From positions 5,495,909 to 5,559,908 of the forward strand of contig CM074804.1 of the NCBI GenBank assembly GCA_037447605.1: DNA of 64,000 bases, in the 5' to 3' direction. Source of the stretch: Zygnema circumcarinatum SAG 698-1b. Taxonomy: Eukaryota > Plantae > Zygnematophyceae. Every line of letters starts with the position of its first letter. Position 1 is the first letter of the stretch. Positions 1 to 13,267 of this stretch are shown piece by piece. The notes below the pieces were generated by a model that saw nothing but the letters and a program-made list of their open reading frames with translations, searched no databases and was not told the DNA's origin. The position numbers and the translations under genes were made by a program.

Positions 1-486
1 AAGAAGCTTTTTTTTCGTGAATGCATTAAGAAGTTGACGTAAAGAGCAAAAGCCATCCCATAGACGCTTTCCTGGAGCAGAGTTGTTTGCAAGATAACTT
101 TCGTTACTCTTGAGATATATGTTTGTAAAATGACTTATCTGTAAACGTTTATCCAGTTCTTCTTTACTGGAGGCATGTGATTGCAGTGCCTCTCTGCCTC
201 TTGATTTCTGGTCACTAGTATGAGGGCTGTAAGCATGTGTTGTATTTTGATAAAGAAGTAGTTGCATAGCGATATACTGGTTACTGTCACTTGGTCGGTT
301 GTATTTAATCGAAAGTACAGGTGCCACCTGATTGATGGCATGCGAAATGTGAGACGGAGAATGACTCGCTATTTCTGACATACTGCAGAGCGGGTTAGCT
401 AGTCATAATCGAATTTTGGTGTGAGTTATGCGTGTAAGTTTTTGACGGCAGCTGCCAACATGTCAATGTTTTGGTTATACCATCAG

Positions 487-985
487 GTGAAGATTGGTAC
501 AGTCTCTGCACAGAAGGAGTCAGAGCCTGAGAAGCAGGAGACTCGGCAGAAGGTTGAAGAAGATCGAAAGCCACAGATTGAGGCAGCCATTGTGAGGATT
601 ATGAAGTCACGAAGAGTACTTGATCACAATAATATCATCAGGTATGTAAGCACGAGCCGATGGATATATTTGCCGTCATGTCAGGACACAGAAGTTCTCT
701 CTTAGTGGCTTAGCTCCTGTGACTGTGCGGATGGAGTCCTGTCCTGGGAAATAGCATTACTTGTCTGCCATGGGCATGCATGGCCGCTGTGTTCAATAGC
801 GCCTCTACCAAGTGCTTTAATCTCCTATACCTCTTTCCTTGCTGTGCAGTGAGGTGACCAAGCAGCTACAAGCACGCTTCTTGCCTAATCCTGCCATCAT
901 CAAAAAACGGATCGAGAGCCTTATCGAGCGCGAGTTCTTGGAGCGTGACAAGACAGATCGAAAACTATATCGCTACCTTGCGTAA
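487..985 (+). CDS. CUL3: Cullin-3, last two exons (487-641, 850-985); gene begins upstream of the window
   Basis: Spliced translation [96 protein letters not shown] is the cullin neddylation/winged-helix C-terminus. The GT-AG intron 642-849 is phase-consistent. Confidence 0.95.
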
Positions 986-1964
986 GCAGTAGCGCTTTAT
1001 AGGTCAGTTGAGTTTTCTTATCTGTCAGGTATCTGTAGGAGCCTGTTGTCGGTATAAGCAGTCTTCTTCTGAACCTTTTCCGCGGCTCCTTCAAAAGAAG
1101 CGGAACGTTTGACACAGCCAAAGTTGCAGGTCCCAGTGCCAATGTCGGGGAATACTCGCCATCTTAGTCAAGCTCTGTAACACCAAGTGATACTCTGTTG
1201 CCGCTCCCTTCCGCCAATGAGTAGTCCCCTTTTGACTGTCAGCCAGAAATTTAGATGCAAGGGTATGTGTACCTAGCCGCCCTTCCCATCCTCATTCCGG
1301 ACTAGTGACTTTTACATTGGTTTCCTCCAACTTTTGGAACTCCTGTACATTCCTAACCAGTTCTGAACCGCTGAACTCCTACTTGTGGGATCACTCATTG
1401 TCATCTTCGCTTTTGATGAACTTCCACGGTGATGTTTCCTGCCTCGTGAACTCCCTTGGCTGATCACCAGAGAGTGAGAGAGCGAATTGTCTCTTTGAAT
1501 TGCTGAGCCTGCAGCTTTGAGGCTGTCTGGCCACCTGCTTTATGGTTACATGCTACAAGGAACAGCAACAATTCGGCAGAACAAGGCGGTCAACCTCAGG
1601 CAGGAGCAGTGAAACGCCGCTCAGTGCTCTTACACGATGGTGTGTGTTGCCGGCAATCGTGATACTTTAATTATGTCCAGGGTTCATGTTAGTGACGTGT
1701 ACCCCTGCGGCGACATGTGTCACTGTTGTCAAACAAATTGCAGCGATCACTTTGGAGTCAACTCGCTTTGGCGCTTTGAATCACACTCGACTCCTGCGGA
1801 GCTCTACCTCCTGTGGTCAGTGATAGCGCCGGAGGCCCTGTCATCACGGTGTTACCCTTGTCCTCCACTGAACTGCCTCCATCAATGCCAAATCATCCAT
1901 CCATCCATTCGTTCTTTCTGAATTGCCTCTCCTTCCTCTGTTCCCAGCGTAGATAGCGCCCCCG

Positions 1965-2200
1965 GCCGGGCCCGAGGCCGCACTCCCTCCCCCCTTCAGA
2001 GCAGAGTCCCACTTCCTGCTGACCGGACGCTGCGCCGCACGCCAGCTGGCATTTGCCGGCCGCCCGCCGATGCCGGCGCCGGCCGGCCTCGCGACTGCCA
2101 CGCCGACTGCCGAGAGCGGCGGCTACCGGAGGCCTCCGGCCCGCTGTCGCCGGTCGCCGGCGCCGTCTTGACGGCGGCACCTGCCGGCTGCCGGACACAG
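1965..2200. promoter_or_regulatory. GC/CpG-rich island upstream of katanin p80
   Basis: Abrupt switch to very high GC with dense CCGG/GCCG, between the CUL3 3' end and the katanin start codon. No credible ORF. Confidence 0.4.
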
Positions 2201-2256
2201 GAAGCGGTGAACCTGTTTAAAAACCCGCACGTGCGGCATGTCCCTGCGCCATTCCT

Positions 2257-2258
2257 TG

Positions 2259-2294
<36 letters not shown>

Positions 2295-2295
2295 C
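2257..2295 (+). repeat. (TGCC)n microsatellite
   Basis: About 10 perfect TGCC units. Confidence 0.95.
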
Positions 2296-2319
2296 TAGCC
2301 ATAGACCGATGGGCGGAGG

Positions 2320-2327
2320 AAACCCTA
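2320..2327 (+). promoter_or_regulatory. Telo-box AAACCCTA in katanin p80 5' region
   Basis: Exact AAACCCTA match in a promoter/5'UTR position. A short motif, so it could be chance. Confidence 0.3.
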
Positions 2328-2794
2328 AAGCAGGCCGGGGGGCCATGGAGGAGCGAGGAGCTGCGGGAGAGGAATTGAGAAGGGGATTTGGCGTATGACG
2401 GGAGGAAAAATTTAGGGATAGGGATATGGAGGGTGTTTCGGAGGAGCTGTTCAGGGGGGGATTTGGAGACGGAGGGCTGATGTTTGCAATGATGGTGTAG
2501 TGCTGTGATTTCAGCGGTGGATTGGATTGGGAAGCAGAATAAACTCAATGAAGCGTTTGGCCTGGGGGTCTCGTGAGATGTCTGGGACAAGAGATTGAAG
2601 AGTGTGGGATATTTAGCAGTTTTTATGGTTTTTACGAAGCAGGATTTACGGTGACGGTTTTTGCAGCGTTTAATGTAGGAATAGACGTCAGCTGTTTGGC
2701 CTTTTTCTGGTGAATGCAAGCAAAAGGCTGTTCAAGAGCAGGGATTTTGGCAGGGTAAGCGACAGAAGCAGCAGAGCGAAACGAAATTGAAAGG

Positions 2795-5700
2795 ATGGCA
2801 GGGAGTTCACCAAAACGAGTGCGCAAGATTCGTATCCATCAGCATGTTTTGAGATGACTAATCTTTTCATTACTGGCTCGGCACTCGGGCTTCCATGCGT
2901 GGCTCTCGCCAGTTGTTATTTATCAGAAAGTTATCTTTTGTGAAAACAAAAACATTTCTTTCCCAGAACAGTATTTCACTGTTCTTCTTCAGAACTTCGG
3001 TGAAACTTAGCTTTTTTTCTCTAGGTTTCCTTTGCTATCAATATTAATTTGCCCAAATGCTTCATGACTATCAACTTCAGCAACCCCGAGTGGAAATAAC
3101 GCAACTGAGTCGTTTTACTGCTCAGTAGCCGCAGTATCACTGAATTTACGACAGTCTTGCAGAGAAAGGAATTGTCTGGGAAGCCTTGACCATCGTGCAG
3201 ACGAGTTGGTGGGACATGCCTTTAATGTCAACTGTGCGAAATTTGGAAAAAAGACAACTGGAATGTTCTTTACGGGAGGGGAGGACCACAAAGCGCACCT
3301 CTGGAGACTGGGCGTGGACGAGCCTTTAGCGGTATGCTAAGATGCCATTACTACCTTGAAACTTTGTTTCTTTGCACGTTCGGTGGATGTGCCATAGTTC
3401 CACATCAAATGTCAAGTCTTGGCGGCGTGTGATAATTCTGGCATGTAATACTTTTTGGAAACATCCTTGGCATGCACAGTACATTCGTTGTAAGGATGTC
3501 TGTGACTGGTTGGGAATGCAGACCTTAAGCGGTCACACGAGCGCTCTGGAATGCCTCACATTAGACAGGAAGAACGAGGATACTTTGATTGCTGGTGCAG
3601 CAAGCGGTTCAATTAAGCTTTGGGACCTGGAACAGGCAAAAGGTATTGAAACGCACTCATATCCATTACATCATGGCAATCTCCAGAAGATCTAAGGCAA
3701 GTAGGAGCCGTCGTAGGCGTTCGCGTCTTTCTAATAAACACAGAATTATTCAGGTTTCAGAAACGTTCACTATTGTGAACATTGTTCTCCAGCTGTTTCT
3801 GCAGTCCTTGTTGTATTGTTTGTAAAGGTACTCATTTTTATCCTCTCCCTTGCAAGAAGTCACGTGATTGCAGATGGTCTTTTGTACCTTTCTTTTTTGA
3901 TTTCTTTGGTGCATTGAAAGAGTTTCTCCTTTTCCAGCAGTTGAGCCTGTTATGGATAGAGAAAGAAGGAACTGGACTGTTTAGAACGGACTGATACTCA
4001 CGTCGTTCTAGGTGTTACATCGTGTATTTTGAAATTGATCTGCTCCCAGTTTTTAACTTGTTTGCATATTTTTGCATTTGCAGTTGTTCGAACCATGGCT
4101 GGGCATCGATCGAACTGTGTTACTCTGGATTTCCATCCTTTCGGGGATTTCTTTGCATCAGGTTCTGCCGATATGAGCCTGAAGGTGTGGGATACTCGGC
4201 GAAAAGATTGCATTCACACGTATAAGAGCCACACTCGTGTTGTGAATTGCGTTAAATTCAGCCCCGATGGCCGCTGGGTTGTTTCAGCCGGAGGAGATGG
4301 TGTGGTCAAGGTATATTCCTTCGTCATTGCCATGTTGCACCCGGCACTTAGGAGTAGCCATATACACTCAGAGCTGTTTAGAGCCTCTTCTTGCAATTTT
4401 GAGTTGATACTTGTTAACCTTCTCAGGACTTAATGCCACTGAAACAGATTTCTTTATGTCCCAGACAACTTTAAGCCTTTTTCGCATATGGCTGTTTGTG
4501 ATAGTAACCTTGGATGGGGTTTCCTGCAGCTGTGGGATTTGACAGCTGGAAAGCTAATGAGGGACTTCAGTTTCCATAATGGGTCGGTTAATGCACTGGA
4601 CTTTCACCCACAAGAGTTCTTGCTAGCATCAGGTACCCTTCAAATTATGTCGTTTTAGCCGGTTAGTTATGCAGACTCAATTTTCACTGCCTTCGCATTT
4701 GCTCTCAGTTCGGTTTTTCAGCGTACTTCTTCAAAAACCAGCTCTGCGCAGCTATAGGATACTCACAATGTAATGATAGTGCCACGCTTTAGAATGTTGA
4801 GATAAAGTACAGTAATACGTGCAAAGTTGCTTTGACATTGCGAACGATTGTTTTCCCATCTGGACTGCGGGCACCTTTGATGGAATGTCATAAAACACAT
4901 TCCATAGAACACCTGTTTTGTCGACTGTGTTTAGACCCAATTTCAGAACGGTTTATATTTTACTGGCTCTGCAGGTTCTTCAGATCGGACCACGAAATTT
5001 TGGGACTTGGAAACCTTCGAACTTGTCGGTTCAGCAGGGCCTGAGGTTTGTTGCACATATGCTTGAGCGATAGCTAAGCCTTCTAGCCTTCTTGGCTTTA
5101 GTAGCTAGACGATTTCAGATTCTGAAACTAGCATGCCAATTGTTTGGGTAGAGTTGCCGTCAAGTTACTGCTTGTTATGAACTTCTCACCGATTCCATCA
5201 GCCTATTTTGAATGCCTCTTGTTCTGATCATGCGAGGATTGATCTAATGCCATTGTTGTGCAGACTGGTGAGGTCCAGAAAGTGGTTTTTACTCCAGAGG
5301 GGAAAACGTTGTTAACCGCCACAGAGGAAAGTTTGAAGGTATGCACTTCTTTGGCAACACCGTAAGGTATTAACAGCTATTGTAAATTTCCCCATAACTG
5401 TTTGTCCTTCCAGTCAGCATTAATGTCAGAGATCACAAGTCCAGTTTTTTGGGACAGTAGTCAAAGTTGGGAATCGTTGAAGGCCGCAGGGTGTTTAGAG
5501 TCATGGAAAGGAATGGTATGCGACATTGGCAAAAGCATGACCCTTCTCTTCAAAAACTTTCATGTTGTGGACCTTGGTGACAAAGGTTGAGTCATGGACC
5601 TTAATATTGGAGGCAGAATTTCGCTGACAGAAGCTGCCTGCCTGCCTGCCTGTCTGCCTGCCTGCCTGCTATATTTTTTCCAGACGGTTGAGGTGCAGTC

Positions 5701-8700
5701 ACACTGCATTTGGCTAAGTGCAGCATGTGTGTCAATTTAGAGCACGTTCAAGGCAGATAACACTAGTTCGAGTTTGGCGTTGGTGCCAGGTTTGGGGTTG
5801 GGAGCCAATGAGAAACTGGGAGACCGTGTCTATGAAGTGGGCATCTCTGGGTGACGTCACCATCAAGGACGGCTTACTTCTCGGATGTTCTGTCAATCAG
5901 CCAAAGTCTGGCGTATGGGCATTGGACTTATCGGTAAGTTTTGAATTTAGCTTTCTCCTAGTTTTCTATTAAACTACTAAACGTGCTTTGTTTCAACAAA
6001 AGTTTGCACTTCTAAGCAGAGTCTTTTTGTTTTTTTATCTGGGATTCAGTCGACCAGTTAAATCCTGAGTCTGTGCCCAGTTGACCTTGTAGAATGCACG
6101 TTAGATGCTGACAGGTGTTTTCTTTTATGGGAGTTTCAGAAAGTGGCTCCTTTTGCACCTGAGCCTGCAAGGAAGGCGAGTAGCAGACGACTCAGTTCTT
6201 CTGCAACATCTCAAGTTCATCCAATTGAGATATCGCCCCCACTTTCTTTAAAGTCGCCACCCTCATCTGTCGAGATGGCTGCCAGAGAAGCCAAGGCATC
6301 GCCTTTAGCAGGTATGTTTGCTTTCTCCCAGCGGCACTTTTCTTCTGTTTTCTTGTCATTTTCTGTCCCTTCTCTCTTCTCATCTCTGTGGTTTTGACTA
6401 GTATGTTTGTGTAGGAAGTTGTCAGAATGTGTGGAGTTGAGGGACCCATGTTCGATACCCAGATATCTGTCAATTACCCCCGGGCATGAAGGTAGGAATT
6501 TGGTCAACAGGCGTTTCTAACTTGATCATGCCTCTCGGTCAGGAGTCCCTGGTGGGGCCTCTTTCAGCTTCACGTCGTGTTTATGTAGTGGCATAAGTAT
6601 TTACCTTAGGACGGAAGACTGGTTCAGTTTTCCTCGAGTCTTGCATTGTATGAGCCTTCTTGTGGGTGCGTATGGCATTTGCCACCTGCCGACATGATTA
6701 GTGAAGGATCGCAGACAAACCGAGTTGCTTGGCGAACTTGTTGCTTCAGATTTCCAGAGAGAGTATGGATGCCAAGTCACTCTATGGGCATGTAATAAGG
6801 AAAGATATTTGTGGAAACGTGTAAGGCTTTTGGCACAATCGCCAGGGAAGCGAGTTTGGCAGTCAAGATGTGTTTGCCTCACAAATAGGAATTATCATGA
6901 ATCTGTCTGATGAGCAAAGAAATGTTGTGACGAACCATCACATCACTTGTAAACTTCGATGCTGGCATCAGCAGTAAGCAAATCAAAGAGAAATTGATTT
7001 GACTTCACTTGTTAGGAGCCATTCTGGATTACTGACCCCATGCCACTTCCAGTTTTTCCTTGCTCCAATTCCCCTATCATATTGATGAATTTATTTCAAT
7101 TTGTACTCGCACGTTTTTTTATCAATGCATGCCTACCCTTCTGCTTCGGAAAGGTTGAGAAAAGTCCGCTCATAGCTGTTGAAACCTCAAAGAACAGCTG
7201 AAACCATTTTTGCGACTCTGATTGCATTCAGATATAGTCAGCTTGCTTCTTGTTACTGCAGGCAGAGTCCTTGGAAAATCAAGCTGCTTGATGTGCCTCG
7301 CTTACTAGATTGAAGGTGGGAAGAGTATGGCTGGCACGGCTTATTATGGGCCATATGGCACAAGCTAGACTTTAATGTACCTTCTGTTTGACAGTGATTA
7401 CCCCTATAAAACTGTTTTCAGACAGTAGGCAATGATGTAGATGCTGGGATTTTGTGGACGGCGCAGGGAGACTACCATGCTTGAAGTCCGAGACCTGTCA
7501 CCATGCGGGAGCCTGTGAAACAAGTGAGAATCAAAGTAGCAATAAACTTGTTCCCTCAAGGAACATTAGGGCATGTTCCCTTAAAATGGAGTATGCATAT
7601 ATTTGTCTGTAATCCAGTGTGGTCTCTTGCACTTCTGTTGTTTCCGGGGTTTTATTTTGGCATGAATTTTTTGTGTAAATCGTCACTGTGAGAGTAAGCT
7701 GACATTTGAAAGTGGACTGGAGAGACTTAAGTGTCCATGAAAAAAAGGTGTGGTTCTAACAACAATGACTCAAAGTGGGAATGCTGATTACTTAGTATCC
7801 CTGAAGCTGTCTCAGAGGTGGGATCAAAGTTACACAGATAGAATGACACGCTTCACCTTTTTCGGAGCGATTTTCATGGAGAGCAAAAAATCTGTGTGCT
7901 CAAGTGAATTATGCTGAACCTTATAGGAGCATTTCAAGCTGCGTGGAATATCTTTTTTTTCTGCTTGCCTGATATATGTTATTGGTATCGCCATCCTTTA
8001 CATCAGTGTAGTCCATTGCCCAACTGTTGGGTGAGTACTTGATGTATCTGTGCATTTTGATGAAGGAAATGGAAAAAGGTTTTTCTTCGTTGCTTTGCAA
8101 CTAGAAGTGATTGAATTTTGTGTTTCTATGTCATCGTAGTGTAGTTCATAGCGGGAATTGGGCTCTCCACGCAAGAGAGTGGCTTCACATTGTCTGAGTT
8201 TCTGTTTGGCAACTTCCGTGTGTTTGCAGGCAGGCCTGAGAAGACGGTCCAGTCCCAATCATTATCGCTGCCTAGCACTCCTCCAAACCGCCCACCTCCG
8301 TCTCCCCTTAGAGCAAACTTCACAACCACGACTGTGTCGTCACGTCAGAAATTGGCTCAACCAAGATTGGTTAACCCGTCTCCTGACCAGCAGTTGACTG
8401 CCTCTGCAAAGTCGTCGTCGAGGGGAAGACGAGCCTCACTTGGACCCGCTGCTGATATGTCAACTAACTCACGGGAGGGTGCATTGTCGCCTTTGGAAAT
8501 TCCTCGAAGTCCTCCTTCAGAGAGTATGACTGAAAGGAAGCGGTCCGGCTCAACAATACGACGGGCATCTATTGGGTTCTTTTCTCAAGTACGGGTAAGG
8601 AATGATGGCGAGTCTGAGGAACTCCCAACTCCGATTGCCTACGTCATGGCTCTGGACTCCTCTGTCCCATCTGTCAGTTCAGTTGAAAATTCACGTGCAG

Positions 8701-11700
8701 CCAGTGAAGCTTCCCTTTCGAATCTTGGAAATGCTGCGGACTACTCGGGCAGGGTCATTGGAAGAAAGCTTGACGATGGGGTATCGCGCCCATCCAGATC
8801 TGCAGAACCATCACCTCCACTTTCTCCACGGAAAGGAAAAAAAGGGAGGCCGCAAGGCAGTGGGCTTAATTATACATCGAGCTTTGCCATCGGTAATGAA
8901 AATGGGGGGGCGCGTGATGGAGACAACGATTTGAAAGTAATACCAGAACCGAACAAACTATTGGAGGGACGGAAATCAATCGAACACAAAGGCGTTAACA
9001 GCTACACAGGAGCAAAAAGCTTTGTCGACATTGACTTGAAGCTACCAATCTGGCCAGTAGGTGCTTTGCAAACAAATGGTAGTGATAGTGGGCGGCCGTT
9101 AGCATCTTCTGAACCTACCATTGGTCATTTGAGGTCAAAGGAAAAGGTGTTGTTCTCTTCCTCATCTAGCACAGTTTCAAGAAGTTCACCGATTGAAGAA
9201 CCAGGGACGGTTTCCAAAACACAGTCAGCGTTTCGTGATAGTAATATTGATGAACGGGTAATCGAAGGAGGGAATCAATCGACAGCAGACGCAAGGGACA
9301 CACTGCAAAATGGCATTGACCAAGGGAACTCATCTTTTTCGCTGCCAAAGTCCTCAGGCCAGCCTCAGGTTTCAACAGCAGGGCAGAATCGAGTTTTGAC
9401 TAGCGCTGAAAAACCTGTTCTTCGACCAATGCCTGGTAAGCTTGCTTATTCTTGCCAACTTTTTTTTTACCTGGGCTGGGCGTTTTGCCATAAACGTTGG
9501 CGTCGCTTGACTGAAGAGGTTGGTATTTCAAACAATGACTTTTTCCTCATTGCCTGGGATGTCTGGGGATAGGTGGGTTTGTGAACGATGCAGCGCATCC
9601 CTCCACCACAGCTGTCTATAGTAGTGGTGTTCGAAGAGTTGTTACTCCAGAGTCGCTATCTGCAGGTAAATACATGCAAAATGGTGGTATGATGACATGT
9701 TGTCTCGCACTCATTGAACAGTAGGACCCCCTGTAACCTTTTCATGGTGCAAGTACGTTTGCCTTTTTCGTTCAGATGCTAGTAATCTAGAGCTCCTGCT
9801 ACATCGTCGGGCTTTGTTTGTGTATTCTTGAGTGCATGTATTTTAATGCGATCCTTCCTTATTGCAGTGCCGGCAAGAAATTTGTGTGATGACCTTTTGG
9901 ACACTTATTAATTCCATTGGTCATGGCAGCAGGACCTGCGTGATTGCAAAAAAAAGAATAGAAAAAGAAACCATTATAGAGTGTTTTCTACAAGCAAACG
10001 CATCAACAACAACTTAGGAGCAAAAAACCTTGTTGATAGTGACTCAGAAGCTGCCAATCTGGCCTTTTTGCAGAGTAGTAATTGTGGGAGGCGAAGAATA
10101 AGTGCGATGGCTTTATCGGCCTTAAAGACTTTGCATTTTTCAATACTTCTTAGAATCAAGGCCCCTCTCAGATGGCAAGAGAGCTGCTGTGTAGGCTCCA
10201 GCCTCACTATCAGATGGCATGCCAGAATTCGTTTATCTGGAATCCAATGATGAAAAACGAGGTTTTAAAACGAGGTTGCTATAGTCGCTTAGTGGAAACA
10301 TGAGAAAGAGATTAGTTGTGGGGGTAGAGATGGGCCTAATCCCGACTCGCCTGGGGTCGATACTCACTTTGTACTCGCACGTTTGGGCGCTGTCCATTGT
10401 TCGCAGGACGGGAAAATGCAGCGAACGGTGCTCTGCCGCTTGGGACAATACCGAGCAGGACATCAAAGCTATCAAAGATTGGTGCTCAAGGAGAAGCGAA
10501 ACCACTTCGTCTCGATGTGGCAGCATTCCTTCCAGTGAGTCTTTCTGCAAGGTTCCCTCGTTGTGCTAGTCTATTGCGAAATGAGAATACAGCATTTGCT
10601 ATTTATTCTGTTCTGTGGGCAATATATTGATTTTTCTGTTTACAAAAACAATGTGGCCATTACTGTATGAGGTCACGCTGTTTCTATGATTGAAGTAGCT
10701 TATTCTTTGACTCAGTTGGTCTTGCAGCGTTTTTATTTATCTTTTCAGCCAGTGATTTTTGCTCTATTTCCATGTTTCACATGGCAAGTTCCGTGAAAAT
10801 AGTCATGGAGTTCATTTGCCAGCCAGTGTGTTTGGAAGGGGAACAAGTATTGCATGTGCAGCTGTATCTGAAATCTTTAAGATCTTGTTTGTGTCGTGTC
10901 GAACGCAGAAAGGTGCCCTGGTAGTGGAGACAGACGGCGAGGAGGTTCAAAATGTGAAGGATGATGAGGTGATAGAGGAGTTGATGGAGCAGCATCAAGC
11001 TATGAATGCCATTCTACAGACCCGGCTCACAAACCTACAGGTCCAATGCTTTCTTGACAGAGTGAAATGCCGAGCACCTTCCTATTAACTGGATGTAATT
11101 ACTGAAGCAGCTGCCTTCAACTGTTTGCCATACATGTTTCTGTTTGACCGCAGTAAATGAGTAAAATTCGACATCCTAGAGAGTTGTGAAGCGGGGTAGG
11201 TCAGGTACAGTGTACCTCAGGAGGGTCCACCTATGAAGAAATGCTGTAGACATGGTGATAACTTCACCCTTCCTACTATGTGTCAGCAATCCTAACGTGT
11301 TTCTTGATGTTCCTCTATGGTTGGCAGGCAGTGAAATCCTTTTGGCTCAAAGATGATGTGAAAGGCACGGTGGAGAAGATGGAAAGAACTGCAGACCTTT
11401 CGGTAGGTCGTGTGGCAAACTGCACTCGAGGCTGCTGTGCTAGTTGCATATAGGAAGGGAGCTGGAGGGGCCTCATATGAGGGGTGTTGGGGAGCCAATG
11501 CCTTTCTCCTTTATTTGGTTGCCGTAAGCCCTAATTTCCAGATGGTTCTCCCTATCACCTTGCTGTCTCCCATCATAGTTACGACGATAGGAGCCTACAT
11601 ATACAGCCTATGGCGTCTAGCTGACTCATCCACGAGTTCTTCAATGGTGTGAACTCGAACAGGAACCAAAATTCTAGTTCTGTGGCGGTGCATCCATGGT

Positions 11701-12432
11701 CACGCTCTGTGGGCTCTTTTATGCCTGGGCAGATGAAATAAAAGAAAGAACAGATTTGACTCGATTATCAAAGATACAGAGCTGGCTTTAACCCCTGTTG
11801 AAGGTCTCCCTGGTTCCAGGTGGTGGTAGACGTGTTAAGCGTTATTGTAATTCACTCAGGTATATTCACGTTGGAAGCATGTGTGGTCGTCCTCCCGCTG
11901 TTGGACGATCTTTTGTGCAGTAAACATGACAGGTGAGAAGAATCTGTCGAGTCTTAGTGCCTCATGGGTCCTATTAGAAATGGCGGTGTTTTTCATCACC
12001 AGTTGCCACTTTACTGGACTTTGTCAAGCCAATTTTCGGAAGAAATTGGAAGTTGTGAATGGTCCAGGAAGCAGAGATAAGGCCTGGGGTCGAGCTCATG
12101 TGGACGGGGTTGTTGATGGAACAGGTATATTGACACTGGGTTGTCGGTCTTATTGGAGCTGTTGAAGAACTTTGGAAGTATCATACACGATACACGAACT
12201 GCAAAGCCCCCACCTGGTGTGGATATTGAAGCTGAAAAGAGGTGGAGCTTCAGAATTCCCTTTTTCACTTAATCCATCGTGGTTTGACCCAAAATTGAAT
12301 ATTCACTTCAGTTTTTATAAATCAGAGTGTCAATCGCTCTGGGCTTCCTTAACTTTTCACCCAGGCTGTGAATGCCTGTGAGGTTTCAGACTGGCGGAAA
12401 AGTCATATCGCTTAGAATCTATCAGAAGCTAA
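2795..12432 (+). CDS. KATNB1: Katanin p80 WD40 subunit B1 (KTN80); multi-exon, 3' end approximate
   Basis: WD40 exons at 2795-2831, 3201-3331, 3522-3642, 4084-4310, 4530-4632, ~4974-5044, ~5263-5339 and ~5788-5933. They read [65 protein letters not shown] and [18 protein letters not shown] large low-complexity exon lies at ~8.2-9.4 kb. con80-domain exons read [38 protein letters not shown] and [18 protein letters not shown]. The last exon is not resolved. Confidence 0.93.
2832..3200 (+). other. Probable U12-type (minor spliceosome) GT-AG intron in katanin p80
   Basis: 5' site GTATCCATC (U12 consensus RTATCCTT). Branch-like GCCTTGAC ends 10 nt before the AG. Splicing gives [18 protein letters not shown], matching the katanin ..KLQ/EFVAH junction. 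Confidence 0.7.
5634..5669 (+). repeat. (TGCC)n microsatellite in katanin intron
   Basis: About 9 TGCC units with one TGTC variant. Confidence 0.9.
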
Positions 12433-12917
12433 CAGCCACGTTGAATTGCTTGGGACACTTTTTGCAAGCGTATATCACCTGCAGGGCTTGGATGACCTTC
12501 TCTTTCCCTTCTTGTCACTGATGAGGCTGTACGATGTGCGGGGTCCGAGGTGCTGACTGGTCGTCCTTACCTCTAAGCATGAACTGTTGTTGAGTTTGCC
12601 GTAGGGAGTGAGTGCCAGTTTTGGACGGTCTCTAATCCAGCCATAAAATGTTGACGACGTTGTTCATGTGAGCTCTATTAGGTCTTGATGGCACGACATT
12701 CAGAGAAGATTCGAATGGCAGCTAGTGAAGGAATGGAGTAGCTCTGGTCTAATTTGTGATTAGTTCAACAAGCTTCTTGGGAACTTCCATGGCATTAACT
12801 CTGAAACAAATCCTAGTCACGATGCTCCGCTCGACAGCTGGCTGCAATCGATGATTTGTTCATCGAGGATGTCCAATTGATGAATTTCTGACAGTGAAGA
12901 CGAAGAAGGGGGGCGCC

Positions 12918-12965
12918 TTTTAGGGCAAGGGTTTAGGGGTAAGGGTTTAGGGTGGGGGTTTAAGG
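12918..12965 (+). repeat. Interstitial degenerate plant-telomere repeat
   Basis: Three TTTAGGG units alternating with CAAGGG/GTAAGGG/TGGGGG variants. Confidence 0.7.
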
Positions 12966-13267
12966 TTGGATAAGGTGTAGGAATTACAGCAGTTGTTCTG
13001 TGCATGTTTCTCTTGCATACTCCGTCAGCTGAACCTTATTTTTGTGGGCTTGTTGTCATGGAGATCTCTGTTCTTTTCATCACCGTGTGAAGCGGGTCAC
13101 TTATGATTAAAAGTCCTGAAGCGTTGTCTGAGGTGACTGCAGGCGAAATCGATGTACTGCATGCTACGCCGGATTTCAGGCGCTCTGCCATCATCTCAGT
13201 GATCTCATCAGGTGAGGAGTTGCGCTCAACTTTCTGACTTACGAAATTGTCTGTAGAGCTTTCAGCA

